Positions 38,673-51,336 are shown, numbered from the stretch's first letter. The stretch: DNA of 64,000 bases from Octopus sinensis (GCF_006345805.1 NC_043003.1:83018001-83082000); one strand, 5' to 3'. A program made the numbers and translations. The notes: generated from the letters alone by a model not told the origin.

Positions 38673-38927
38673 TTGAATTTTCTGCTGCTTAAAATAAAGT
38701 ATATATATATATATCAGCATTGAATTATGAGAAGAAAGGGGAGAGTTAATGGCTTATAATTGTATATTAATAAATTGATAATTATTTCTTCTCATAGTTG
38801 TTTCTATTTATATTCATTGAATAAATTAAAAATGTGTGCATTAAATTTGCATTTATAAGTTATGAGCAAAATATCAGGAAAAGTTAGACATTTAAATAAT
38901 TACATGCAGACCTATCTATTATTATAT

Positions 38928-38958
<31 letters not shown>

Positions 38959-39016
38959 AACTACTACTACCACAACTACAACTAATACTAATACTATTAA
39001 TACTAATACTACTGCG

Positions 39017-39051
<35 letters not shown>

Positions 39052-39140
39052 CACAACTACTACTACCACAACTACAACTAATACTAATACTATTAATACT
39101 AATACTACTGCGACTACTACTACTACTACTACTACTACTA
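38928..39140. repeat. (CTA)n compound microsatellite with a 96-bp internal duplication
   Basis: The CCACAACTAC..CTGCGA block starts at both 38955 and 39051. Confidence 0.9.
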
Positions 39141-39144
39141 CCCC

Positions 39145-39669
39145 TTTCTAACTAGAAAGGGTATGGCCTGGTCAGCCTCTAATGACATGCATAAGATCTG
39201 GTGATCAAATCTAAGTAGAGACTTCAAACTTGAAATCTTCAAAGCCACAGTCGAACCAATTCTACTATATGGCTCAGAAACCTGGACATTATCAAAGAAG
39301 CTTGAGAGGCGGTTGGATGGAACCTACACTCGCCTCCTTATGAGAGCTCAAAATCTCTCGTGGAAGCGCCATCCAACCAAAATGCAAATATATGAGAAAC
39401 TACCACCTGTGTCATCTCTTGTGAAAGGTAAGAGAGTCCAGTTTGCTGGACTTTGTTGTAGAGCTGAAAAAGAGGTAATTTCTACTCTTCTCCTCTGGAA
39501 GCCATCTACTCGCAATACCAGAGGGCGCACACTCTCCTACCCCTATGTAATCTCCAGGGATACAGGCATCCAGCAACAGGACCTCCGTAATGCCATGATG
39601 GACCGTGAAGTCTGGCGTAGCATGGTATATTCCATTGTCTCGACCACGGTCGAACAATGATGATGATGA
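39145..39669 (+). mobile_element. RTE/RTE-X-like LINE 3' end with (TGA)n tail
   Basis: KLEIFKATVEPILLYGSETWTLSKKLERRLDGTYTRLLMRAQNLSWK..QFAGLCCRAE..MMDREVWRSMV; one in-frame stop upstream; flanked by (CTA)n. Confidence 0.88.
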
Positions 39670-40067
39670 CTACTACTACTACCACCGCTGCTGCTACTAC
39701 TACTACTACTACTACTGCTATTACTACTACTCGCGTTGGTCAATTTGTAATTTTTGCTCAACTTATAAATGCAAATTTAATGCACAAATTTGTCATTTAT
39801 TCAATGAGTATAAATGGAAACAGCTATAGGAAGAAATTATCAATTTCTCAATAAATAATTATTAACCACTAATTCTCCATTCTCTTCTCTTAATTTGATA
39901 CAGATTTTATACTTAATATATATCTATTGATTTAAGGAAATTTTATTTCCCCAAAGTATAAGGTATGGAACCAGTGTTTTTGGGATGTAATAATCCCTTT
40001 AAGAGGTTAATATATTCTCTAATTAACTTAGATACATACACACTACTCACACACACACACGCACATA

Positions 40068-40372
40068 TCTATTATATAAAATCTGTTCTGTCTGTGTGTG
40101 TGTCTTCTAGGATCTCGGGCATCCTCCATCCGATTGAAAAAATTACAAAAATCGATTCCAGAGGAGAATGCGAACGATAAAGTGAATAAAATCGTTTTTC
40201 TTTGGAATAGAAAAATGTATTTATTTCTTCTTTTGCTGGTGTCCCAAATTTAGGTTAGATCATTGCTTCTCAAAAGGAAGGCCTATGGGACAGTCAGACA
40301 AGTTTTGAGAAAATTCGGTTTAAATGTTTGACAACTCAGCACCGTCCCTTGGACGGGGGGTGCATTTTGCCC

Positions 40373-40374
<2 letters not shown>
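40068..40374 (+). mobile_element. Possible non-autonomous Helitron/DINE-like element
   Basis: Starts TCTATTATATAAAA, short TCTG/TG repeat, GC-rich hairpin GCACCGTCC..GGAC..GGTGC near the 3' end; no coding evidence. Confidence 0.3.

Positions 40375-40433
<59 letters not shown>
40374..40433. repeat. (AAT)n microsatellite
   Basis: Direct reading. Confidence 0.95.
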
Positions 40434-41217
40434 TAATCCCTGATACAGTTCCAGGCTGTGGAACTCATGGTTTCTGATCCTACATACATACAGAGAAGAT
40501 AGACAGACAGCAGACAGACAGACAGATAGTCAGACAGATAGATAGATATGCACAATTCATTTGGATTTACTAAAGATTCTTTAAAGAAGTTAAATTTGTT
40601 GAGCACTAGCGTCACGGGGATGACGCTTTATTTATGATCCTACTTAAAAGCAAAGTGTGCGTTACTGTTACAATAGGATTATGGGTAAACAGAAAACAAA
40701 GTACACTAATTATAAATAATACGTACAATAACTAATAGTAGTATTCGTACTAGTGATGAGCATATATTGAAAGATGATTGTAATGATGGATCTGCAATTA
40801 CTGATATGACATGTATGAATAAAATTCATACGAATAATGGTCGGAGCATAATTAGTAACACTGTGGGTGAAAACAACATTAGCGAGTATAATATTAATTT
40901 CACTAAGACGCATAAATTTAGACAATACAAACACCATGTCAGGCGAAGATTACATGATGATGACATAATATGGTATAACTCACCCTAAGACTGTAGCATT
41001 ATAACGGAACAGCTATTCCTTCGATAAATAATTTACCCCACCACCATATAGTAGGTATCACCACATATTCAAGAAATGTAAGATGTGAATTTCTTTACCA
41101 TATATGGAAACCATTATGGCGGCCATAAACAAGCACAATATCACACTGGCCCGTAACAATGAAAGTGGTGAAATCATTACGAATATTAATAGTGATAATA
41201 ATTATATCAATAACAAT

Positions 41218-41233
41218 GCCAGTAGTAGTAGTG

Positions 41234-41282
<49 letters not shown>

Positions 41283-41406
41283 CAGCAGCAGCGGTAGTAG
41301 TAATCGTAGTAGTAGTAGTAGCAGCGGCAGTAATAGTAGTTGAAGTAGTAGTAGCAGTATCAGTGGTGGTAGTTGTAGTAGAAGTAGTAGCATCAGCAGC
41401 GGTGGG

Positions 41407-41437
<31 letters not shown>

Positions 41438-41451
41438 GTAGTAGTAGTAGC

Positions 41452-41500
<49 letters not shown>

Positions 41501-41520
41501 ATAGTAGTACGAATAATAGT
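41218..41520. repeat. (AGT)n/(AGC)n compound trinucleotide tract
   Basis: Direct reading; explains the poly-S, -V, -T and -L ORFs. Confidence 0.95.
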
Positions 41521-42489
41521 AACATTATCATTAATATAAACGATAATGGCACCAGCAATGATAATAGTACACCTTGCTATAATGAAACTAGCAGCTACAA
41601 TGTCAATAACCCTACCTACTACGACTGTAGTAATAGCAGTTCTCGCGGAATACATGCCACTAGAGCTGGCTGCAGCAGTCAAATAGCTAAATTAGGATCA
41701 TCCTGTCAATTGTCAGCTTACTTCCTCAACTGTCAATATTGTCACACATCAGACACGCGGCAGCTATAATATCGGAGATAAGGGCCAAGCGATTAATCTT
41801 GGTACCTTTTATGGCACAGACATAACACCTTGTAATCATACTGAGTTTCGTCTGGATGTGTAATTCGCAATTCTTCAAGACCAGACCAATGGTCCTAATA
41901 CCGTTAGCTTTAATGACAGTACTGTCATAATGCCTCTTCAGAAATGTTCAATAGTTTAGAAATATATAATCAGCATTCTTCACCGTGCTCAAGTGACACT
42001 AGTAATACTTGAAACCAGTCGTCTAATCAATTATGTAACTTTGAAGGTACATAGACACTTCACAACCAATTTTCAACCTTTAAAAATCGGGATAACGCTA
42101 ATGTGACGTCACTTGCAACAACTGAGGGAACTGAAATATAGAAAATTTGCATTCCACATTGCCTGGAAGATTAAAAGAAAAGCATCATCGTAATTAAGTA
42201 ATAAGCACCTGTGCATTATTTGCTTCGCTGAATTGTGGAAATTCTTTAAATATCCAGTTTTGACTGATATTTGCAGTGTGGTAGTATCTCTTAGCATTTA
42301 AATGATAATTATTACCTTTGAAGGTTTTTATTCCTATGCTGGCCATATTTAAATAACGGTATATAAATAACGATCTTATCCATATTGATATAAATTTATA
42401 TATTTATTTCGTCATTAAATTCACTGCGCTGGTATTTTGACCATATCGCACAAGGAGTCTTAGGCAGGAAATTTAAACTGGTCGTGTGC

Positions 42490-42557
<68 letters not shown>

Positions 42558-42633
42558 ACGTTCGTATATGTAAGTATTCGTATGCTGTATATATATATAT
42601 ATATATATCTGCGTTTATGTGTTAAGTGAGTAT

Positions 42634-42692
42634 ATTCCACTGATGAAAGCAGAGCATTTCTTATACAGAGTCAGAAATCCGGGATCTGGAAT
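42634..42692 (+). ncRNA. Type I hammerhead motif with decayed helix II (family 5)
   Basis: ATTCCA CTGATGA [27 nt] GAAA TCCGGGA TC TGGAAT; perfect 6-bp helix I, near-palindromic helix III, AUC site. Confidence 0.65.
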
Positions 42693-42868
42693 TATCCAGT
42701 ATTTTTTTTTTTTGCTAGTTTATTTTGTCTCTTGTATTCTCTCCTGTTGGTGTATGAATATTTAATGTGTTTTTAGAATCAAGTTTTGGCTGCTATTTCC
42801 AGCGTGGTGGTATCTCTTAGATACCCTAAATTATAATTAATATATATATATATGTATATGTAAATATG

Positions 42869-42921
<53 letters not shown>

Positions 42922-43030
42922 GTGTGTGCATGTATATAAATACGAGAGTAAGCACATCAATGTGAAAGCAAGTGGAAAAATAATAATCGAACGTTGGGAG
43001 TAGACTAATATGCTTTATCAATAAACCATG

Positions 43031-43085
<55 letters not shown>

Positions 43086-43130
43086 CATACATACCTATAT
43101 ACATACATGCATATATATATATATATATAT

Positions 43131-43396
43131 AAGTTCAGCAAAAATCTAGATTCAGATGAACATGGTTCTTAAGTTAAAGGCACCGGAATTCGGTATGGTA
43201 TTATCCATATAAATGAAATGGGGCGATTATAATCAAAATAAGCAACAAGGATATCCAAAGATAAAAATTCCATATGTTGCTGAAGAGCGCTCTACATTTT
43301 AAAACTGATGTAATACTTACATTGTTTAATTAAATGAAGTAGCATGAAACGATCGTACTACACTAACTTTGGATATCCTTGTTGCTTATTTTAATT
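43131..43396. mobile_element. Head-to-head pair of HHR family 4 fragments
   Basis: Minus tail 43131-43260; plus copy 43261-43396; 30-bp inverted match 43231-60 vs 43367-96 (1 mismatch); (TA)n on both outer sides. Confidence 0.8.
43275..43362 (+). ncRNA. Type I hammerhead, core intact (family 4)
   Basis: TGTTG CTGAAGA GCGCT..AGCAT GAAA CGATCG TA CTACA; ACGATCGT palindrome, GUA site, single mismatches in helices I and II. Confidence 0.8.
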
Positions 43397-43429
43397 GTAC
43401 ATATATATATATAGTTGAAATTTATAGAA

Positions 43430-43565
43430 AAACAAAAGACGAAGACAGGTATATAAACAGCACGCTCGTTCATTAGTTTGACGCTCGGGAAAATAAAAAT
43501 GTCTCTTAAGTTTCGAGCCTACGCTCTTCAACAGAAAGAAATAAGAGAAAATAAACAGAGAGATA
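43430..43565 (-). mobile_element. Penelope-type tail with variant hammerhead CUGUUGA (same family as 10907-10944)
   Basis: Minus strand TCTTT CTGTTGA A GAGC-GTAG-GCTC GAAA CTTAAGAGAC; tail ends in (TA)n. Confidence 0.65.
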
Positions 43566-45099
43566 ATAATAATATATATATCTCAAAGCATATGTGTATG
43601 TTTTTGGTGTTTTCGTGGCTCCTGAAATGGCATGCATGTGGTTACTTTTTGGGCTTTAAAGTGAACAATCTTACGAATAAGAAATACTTCTCTTTACTGA
43701 ATTATTCTTAATTTAATTGTTGTTCGGGGGCATGGAAGACTAAGAATATCACAACATTCAAATTTTGTTTCAGGACCATAAAATGATGCAACAAACTAAT
43801 AGAAACTTTCGGAATGGACACTTTGAAAGGGTAAGGAATAGAAGTAGAGGAAAAGGAACAGCACTGACCATGCAAAATTGACAGAGAATATAACGAATAT
43901 TCAGTAATCAAACAAAAGACTAAGAACCAGAGAATACATACTAAATGATCTGGAATGGTTACAATAATTTACTGACAAACCATTTCATTAATATCTATAC
44001 AGAAACACAAATTCCTCTTCAAAATTCTATAAATAATGAGACTGAAACCACAGTCGGGAACCTTAACATAGATGATTGTACCGCAATGCTGACAGTAAAA
44101 CAGAATTTATGCAAATATCAAGAATCATGAATCAAATTGAATGAATAACCTAACAACCAAACACAGAAAGCATATCAAAATGAACAAGGAAGCACAGCAA
44201 GGTTACATAATACATAAAATCAACAACAATTTCTATTATACACGAAGATATACCGCTAAACAATACTCTGCTGCTTTAAAGTGCATATCTAGTGTAAATT
44301 TTAAATAGTTGTTGATTTTTTAAGATCTACTCATCGTTCTCCGTTGAAATTATAAATCAGATCGTGTCGCTATACATGTGATGTAATTTATGATCTATTA
44401 TTTTGTGCCGTTTCATTATCTATGTTCAACCTCGTGGCATCCTTGTCCGAATAAGTCTCCCATATCACTTACTATTTTGTATCCCTCGAGAGCCATAAAA
44501 TACAGAAGAAAACATATCTATGTGGTCTATATTTTCAAAAAGACGTCTTTGAAGCAAGTTTTTCAGGATGATCTAGTTGTTGAAACCAGGGAAAATAGAA
44601 AGATATATTATCAATTCTTTAATATAAGTTACGCGCATTTCCTTATATCGACAGCGGCTAATGGAAGTACTTTTGCTTTTATATCACCTGATCAGAGCTG
44701 AAGTTGGAATTTTTTCATAGTGAACTGAACAGTTTGTTAAGATTCGAGATTAAACCAGCAGATCTAACGCACAATACACTAAATGCATATTTTCTTTCGT
44801 AAAGGTAAACATAGAAGCTCCACAGGACAGAATTTTAAGATCGCAACTGTATTGCATTAACAATTGCGCAAGCTTAGACGTTACTCACGAGCAAGTATGA
44901 CCTAGTAAATCTTACTGTGCTTTTGTTAAGTTCCTATATATTCGGGAATAGACATAGATACCATCTCGATTCTCTCACAAGTGACTGAAGCTGAGGGGTG
45001 AAGCAACTGCACCAGCGATCATCTGGTCTCGGCTAGTGGTGGTCTGTCCTCGGGCAGGTCTTCTACGTGTAAGCCTTTTTCAGTAATCTCTATACCACC

Positions 45100-45310
45100 C
45101 GAGAGCGCCCTTCCCTGCCACAAGGAAATAGATTACTGGAACTTCGGCTTCTATAACTAGACTTGATATGAATACCGGACAGTTTTCTTACTGACTTCCC
45201 CAGTCTGGGGAAGTCAAATAAAGTGCCATGTTCAAGAATATAACACAGTGCTCTATCCAGTAATCGAAATCTGGACCTTATGATCATGAACCCATTGCTG
45301 TATCCACAGA
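45100..45310 (-). mobile_element. tRNA-derived SINE, family F
   Basis: Minus strand GGGTTCATGATCATAAGGTCCAGATTTCGATTACTGG followed by TGTTATATTCTTGAACATGGCACTTTATTT. Confidence 0.55.
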
Positions 45311-45939
45311 GGCAGACGAGTTTAAAATTTCTTTGTTACAATCATTGGCATCATATTGTCGGAATCTCTCTGTTGCACTGGTGCTAGAAAGTTATACAAT
45401 TTGCTACAAGTAACCGATATAGTGATTGTTTACTTGGTGTGATATCACATGAAACCAATATGTTGAGAAAACTTTTTAGGATATCGTTATATTGATAAAA
45501 AGAAAGTCGTGTGTCGAGCAATCTAACTGATATCAGTGTTTGTGTAAGTATATATTATATAAAATTTCCTGGCCAGTTTATCCTCCAGTCCTCGTATTTG
45601 AAGATTAAAGAAATGGATATTATGTATTGATGTGTTAAAGCTATAGTATTACAGCATTTTGGAGTTAGTTCTTACGAACTGAATAACTACTTCTCTCCAC
45701 ACTATTAGTATCCAATACCCGGATAAGTTTGTATTCACTGCATCGAAATTCAGTGTGGAAGACATGTTCCATGTATAAGTTCTTTCTTATGTGTTACGCA
45801 TATCCCTAGAAACAAGGCAACTTGTTGAGAAGTGGTTTATTTTTAAAGCATTGAATAGGGCTGAACTCTTCTAGAATGAACGATCATCTAAAATATTGCT
45901 TCTATAAAATGAATATAGTATATATTTGACATTCGTTCC

Positions 45940-46058
45940 TTCTGAGTTTTCACCCTTGGAGTCAATAAAATAAGTACCAGTTGAACACTGGGATCGATAT
46001 AATCGACTATTTGCCTTCCCGCAATTACTGTCCTTCTACCAAAGATTGAAATCAATAT
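45940..46058 (+). mobile_element. Family E SINE 3' fragment
   Basis: AATAAAATAAGTACCAGTTGAACACTGGGATCGATATAATCGAC. Confidence 0.65.
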
Positions 46059-47064
46059 TCATTAAGTATTTTGTTTTTTGAAACCATGTTTAACTTTTAA
46101 TTATAATAAAAGAGAGAACACAGTTTATTTGGTGCGGACGATAGCCATTGATTTAACATAACGACCAGAAATGTTAACATTAATATAATGGCACTTGCAT
46201 TTCTGTGAAGAAGGAATTTTGGTTCAGTTACTTACCACTCTTAAAGTGTTATTATCGACAGGGAATTATTTAGCGCCAGCTATACTAATGCTATTCTACG
46301 TAAAGGTGTCATTTGACCCATAATCTATCAAATTTCTACATTTATATATGTTACAATCGATCAATTATTTATAAACTGAGGAGTTTATACGACCATAATC
46401 GTAGTCATTGCTCCACTTTTCTGGCAACTAACGACTACTCGTTCAAAGTTCACTAGATTTGAGAAGCTATAAACTAGACTCATTAGTATTGAATGCCATT
46501 TTGTCAGGTTCTCAGTTGCAAATAGCTTCAGGTTCGCTCCGAGTTCACTTGTGATACTATACTGTTCTAATTTGATTATTTGCCTACACATTTCCAAAAT
46601 TTCGTCAATACAGATCTCAAGAATGTGACAATTTGCCGAATAGTATAAATGAAGTTAACTACGAATTAAGATTCTTAATTATTTGCTGTATCGTACTGCA
46701 TTACTGAAATATCGCTTGATAACATAGACGATCAATAAATAGAATGCAGCATTGTGTAATGCATTACGTGTATACAATAAGTTTCGGCTGCTTTGTAATT
46801 ACTCGTCGAAGCAGTAAACATATAACATTGGGATAAACGGTGTTTAAAGTGTCAATGCCGTATTTTTAAAGACTTCAACTTTCATCCCGATCTCAAATAA
46901 ATCTAATAGTAGAGCATGCTGTAAGGGATATAAAAATTGCGAGCGTATAATATCTTCTAGTTGAGAGCATCTAATAATACCGAAACATATAAAGAGTTGT
47001 CACCATATTAAAATAGATCACAATTTCTTCCCCACTATTCCATTACTTCCTCCTGTTTAGAACC

Positions 47065-47244
47065 ATACTGGTTCAATGATATCTACAAATAATTGTTAAC
47101 TTATTAAAAGCACAAATCTGAACTATGATCGTATATAAACATTATATATATATATATATATATATAATGTTTATATACGATCATAGTTCAGATTTGTGCT
47201 TTCATTAAGTTAACAATTATTTGTAGATATCATTGAACCAGTAT
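47065..47244. repeat. 180-bp fold-back palindrome centred on (TA)n
   Basis: Unique-sequence arms of about 78 bp, 2 mismatches (TTATTAAAAG vs TTAATGAAAG). Confidence 0.95.
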
Positions 47245-47271
47245 ATATATATATATATATATATAAATAAA

Positions 47272-47893
47272 ACTTGGTGTTGAATAGATATACTATTAAA
47301 TTAGTATCTAATTCTCTCACCCTTATTAATTAATTATAATTATGCTACATTTATTTCTAAATGTAGTATTTGTTTCCCTGAAAGTTTGTCGCCCTGTTGG
47401 TAGGGGCATTTGAATTATAACGTCGGATGTAATCAATTGAACCACACGTGTATTTATCGTTATGGTAAAATCTGGCGTGTGATTGAGTGGATTTCATCCA
47501 GATAGTTTTGGCTGAGGAGCTACAAGTGAGTTTTTTGTGAGTAAAATTACATTTAATTCATTAATAGCGAAACAATTGTCCCAAAATAATCTGTATTTTT
47601 GTTGTTTTTTATTTGCCCTGTTCGTGTGAGCTAACAATCGTACTGACTTTCATGGGAAACATGTATTTTTGTGGTTGAAACCTTTTGGATTTACTAGTGC
47701 TAGAGTGAGCCACATAGTGACCACTCTCTTATATTTATTTTTGTATAAAATATTATAATATGTCATAAAATATTATAATATGTCATAAAATATTATAATA
47801 ATCCAGGTTTCTCGGGGCACTGGGCCACTTGGTGTTGAATAGATATACTATTAAATTAGTATCTAATTCTCTCACCCTTATTAATTAATTATA
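47272..47893 (+). mobile_element. Retrozyme-like non-coding element: 555-bp unit plus 67-bp terminal direct repeat, one intact hammerhead
   Basis: 47272-47338 is identical to 47827-47893; HHR 47499-47593; no ORF; (TA)n on both sides; internal 20-bp triplication 47745-47800. Confidence 0.8.
47499..47593 (+). ncRNA. Type I hammerhead ribozyme, fully canonical (GUC site, cleavage after 47580)
   Basis: TTTTGG CTGAGGA GCTA..TAGC GAAA CAATTG TC CCAAAA; helix I extends CAGAT.G/T.ATCTG; ACAATTGT palindromic helix III. Confidence 0.92.
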
Positions 47894-50800
47894 TATATAT
47901 ATATATATATATATTTGTATTATACAGATTGTAGCCTGACGATAATGTGTATTAGTGAAATGTAGTGGAAAGCGTTTAAATAGTGGAAAAAGTTTTCACA
48001 ACACGAAAAAAGAGTAAGCTGTAGTTTCGTCTAAGTGAGATAAAATGTTTGCCAATATTGCAGGATAAACTAACTGCAATTTATGCAAAAGTTTATCCAA
48101 CACCAGCAGTAAATATTTCACCTCTTTTCGAGGAATGTTTCAGCTAGAAATGTGAGACATATCTTCCTGAAGATATAAAATTTATTCCGCTATCTAATCT
48201 CTTTATAGAAAATACTGTTGCCAGCATCAATTGATTGATGCCAGTATGTCATTCATTAATATATATGTATCTTTGCTTAATTTTCAAATGATAATTATTA
48301 GAAAACTAACCGAATAAGGAAAACACGATATATCATTATCTACTCCAAATACTGTAAATAAAAAAAATCTAGTCAACCGTAAAGCATGGCTAAAGTGATT
48401 GATACCACGTATCCTGTAAACAGCATTTAATTCTCAGCTAGTCGTTGTTTATATGGTTGTAAATAGGCTCTTGGAAGGCAGGGAGAAACTAAATTGTGTA
48501 AACTATTAATAGAAAATAAATAATTAGGAATGGTCCCTTTGCTGTTGGTACTGAGCTGTTTGTTGTTCTGTTGATGTTGCTTTTAGTTTCCTATCAGCCA
48601 TAAACCAATATAACTTCACATATATTTTGTTTTAAACAAGTGAGCTAGGTCGGTCAAGTCGTTAGAGTGTCGGCCAAAATACCTTGCGGTACTTATTTAC
48701 GGTTCGTTGTTTTGAGTAGAAATTCTTTAGATTCTACCGAGAACGGTTTTGCTATTCACTTTTCCAGGACTAATGAAATGGCGTACCCGATATGTGCTGG
48801 AGTCAATTCATGTTCTGATAATGCATTTTTAATGTGAATAGAATTATACGACCGATATTTGATTACTCCTCATTTACTGTATTTAGGACTACATTAACGA
48901 ACATGTTTTTATTTTCTCGGAATGATGTAATTTGGGGAAAATCTGACTGCTATTTTTCGAAGGTCGAACGAATACGTAAATATTTCCTCGTTACCTCGAC
49001 CAGCCGTACTGAGGAGTGTTACGTTTAGGTCAAACAGACACTATCCTAAACGTAGTATTGGAAGACGAAGCATTCAGTTATGCTAATCTGACAAAAACTA
49101 TTAGGAAATTGTTGTGTCTGGCGAGAGTCATTCTCTTTTAGCGTCCTTATAATTTAATACACTCACCATTAGCCATTGCTGTGATAACTTTTACTTTTCT
49201 TTCTCCAAAATAAGAAGGAAATTTTAATTAATTAAGAATTTTGTGTATGGCATCATTACATTGGTCCATTTATTTCTTTCATCATAATTAAGTTTTAATT
49301 TGTTGGCAATTTATCATCGCAGAGAAACATGGGTTTGAGAAATTGAAAGCAGATTCCGAAATCAACTCCCCAGGAGAACAACAGTTTTTAGCTCATCAAG
49401 AACCTGCAGGAAGATTCTTCCCCTAAAAGCAAGTATCCATTTTCATGGAAGTCTCAAACAATTACTAAGCAGAGCAGTCAACTGAAGAGTGTGCTCATTT
49501 ACAGTGAACAAACTTTCCAAAACTATTGTCATTAAATCTTTAAAAAACGCTTTACAATATATTATTCTTGTGAAAACGAACGACAGAAATATACTGAAAT
49601 CAAAACAGATTTGTTTGCTGCGACCAAACTATCTCTCTGCTTCTGTAAACTGCGAATAATATCAGTCACAGGGGAACATATATACAAATGGAAGCTAAAA
49701 ACCTGCAGGAACGACTAAATAACTAGTTGGATCATTTCCAGGAGCTTTTCGATAATAACACTACGAGTTTCAGGTTTACCCTCTGAAATTGATATTAAAT
49801 ATGATCTTAACGTCCAACTTTGACAATTGATGAAATAAAAACCCAGTTCAGATGTCGGCTGAAGGTTGTATCTTTTCAAACTCTAAATATGGTAAATTTA
49901 CTGTGGTTAAAACTTGCCAAATATATATACAGTTATATCAACATGTTTCTACCACAAAATGTTATTGAACAACCAACAACACGGAGTCAGTGGGATCTAA
50001 CGAAAACGACTTAGTATGCTCATGAAAAAAAACAGTCAACTTTTGCAAAATTATTAAGAGTTACAAATATACCGGGACTTTCAAATGGTAGAAAGGATTA
50101 TCATCAATATTATTATTATTATAGTCATCGATGTCGATGTCGTTGTTATTGTTGTTGTATTCCATCCGCATTTACATTCTCGGTTCAAATTCCATCAAGG
50201 ACGGCTTTGCTTTTCATCTTTGCGATGTCGATGAAATAAGCAGAGAGGGAGCACTGAAGTCGATGTAATCAACTAGCTTCACTACCCAAAATTTCATGCC
50301 TTGTTTCTAATGTAGAAAGATTTATTATTATTATTATCCTCACCATCATCCTCAACTACAACAATGTTTTTAATTACTATTGATATTGCCAACATATGAT
50401 AGAATGCGTCTGTTGTGTTTTAATATTCTGTTTATACTACGTATGATGGTTGCTCCCTAAAACATGTTTCTGCAGTTCTACAGCTTGCTAGATGTTTGAA
50501 TCGAATGTTTGATCTGACTCAATTATTTCTATGGCAGGAAATAATGTAAATATTTTTCAATGGAATTTTGCATTCGTAGAAATTGATCTCGATCGTTATA
50601 TTTTCTGCTTCAACTTACAACAACATGTTATTTGCCAAATTTCTAGCTACATTATATGAAAGAGTGTATTTGTTTTTATGTCAGGAGGATATATATATGA
50701 AGAGTAGATGTTTTCATAATCATTAATGTTCAAAAGATTTGCTCAAAATAAAAATCGAAATGGATTAAAACAAGAACAAAAATAAAGTTGAATATGCCAG

Positions 50801-51099
50801 AGAATCCCTATAATTTTCCTGAACTGGATTGTATTTACCTTGAAGTGATGTGGAGAATTAAGTGAATTAAACTACTGTATATTCTACTTGGTAGGGAAGA
50901 ATAAAATAGAGAAAAAGAAAGGAAGCAGAAACTATCTATAGTAATCAGGGATAAAATCTTGCTTCTATACACGAGACCGAACACACACACACTCTCACAA
51001 ACACATACAAAGACACAAACGAGGACACACGCCTACGCACACATAAACACACACAAATACATATACATGCACATACACTCAATTATACATATATAGACA

Positions 51100-51166
51100 A
51101 AGACATGGATAGATAGATATATATAGATAGAGAGAGGAGCTGACTGATGGTGCTCAATGTTTATAT

Positions 51167-51210
<44 letters not shown>

Positions 51211-51277
51211 ATATGTGTATGTATGTATGATCTTAACATATATATACATACATACATAAATACATACATACATATAT

Positions 51278-51336
<59 letters not shown>

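Larger units (their letters stand above)
37144..38700 (+). mobile_element. 5'-truncated Penelope-like element: GIY-YIG ORF end, about 1 kb 3' region, hammerhead, AATAAA
   Basis: Starts and ends at (TA)n; GIY-YIG ORF 37144-37623; HHR 38624-38672; AATAAA 38693-98. Continuity between the ORF and the HHR is inferred from the lack of a recognisable intervening element. Confidence 0.75.

Noticed and set aside
41095-41682. Poly-T, -S, -V and -L ORFs resembling mucins or membrane proteins (also 38862-39155)
   Set aside because: Pure trinucleotide repeats open in several frames on both strands.
47936-47965. CTGACGA TAAT-GTGT-ATTA GT GAAA hammerhead-like motif
   Set aside because: Two extra bases before GAAA and no credible helix I or III.
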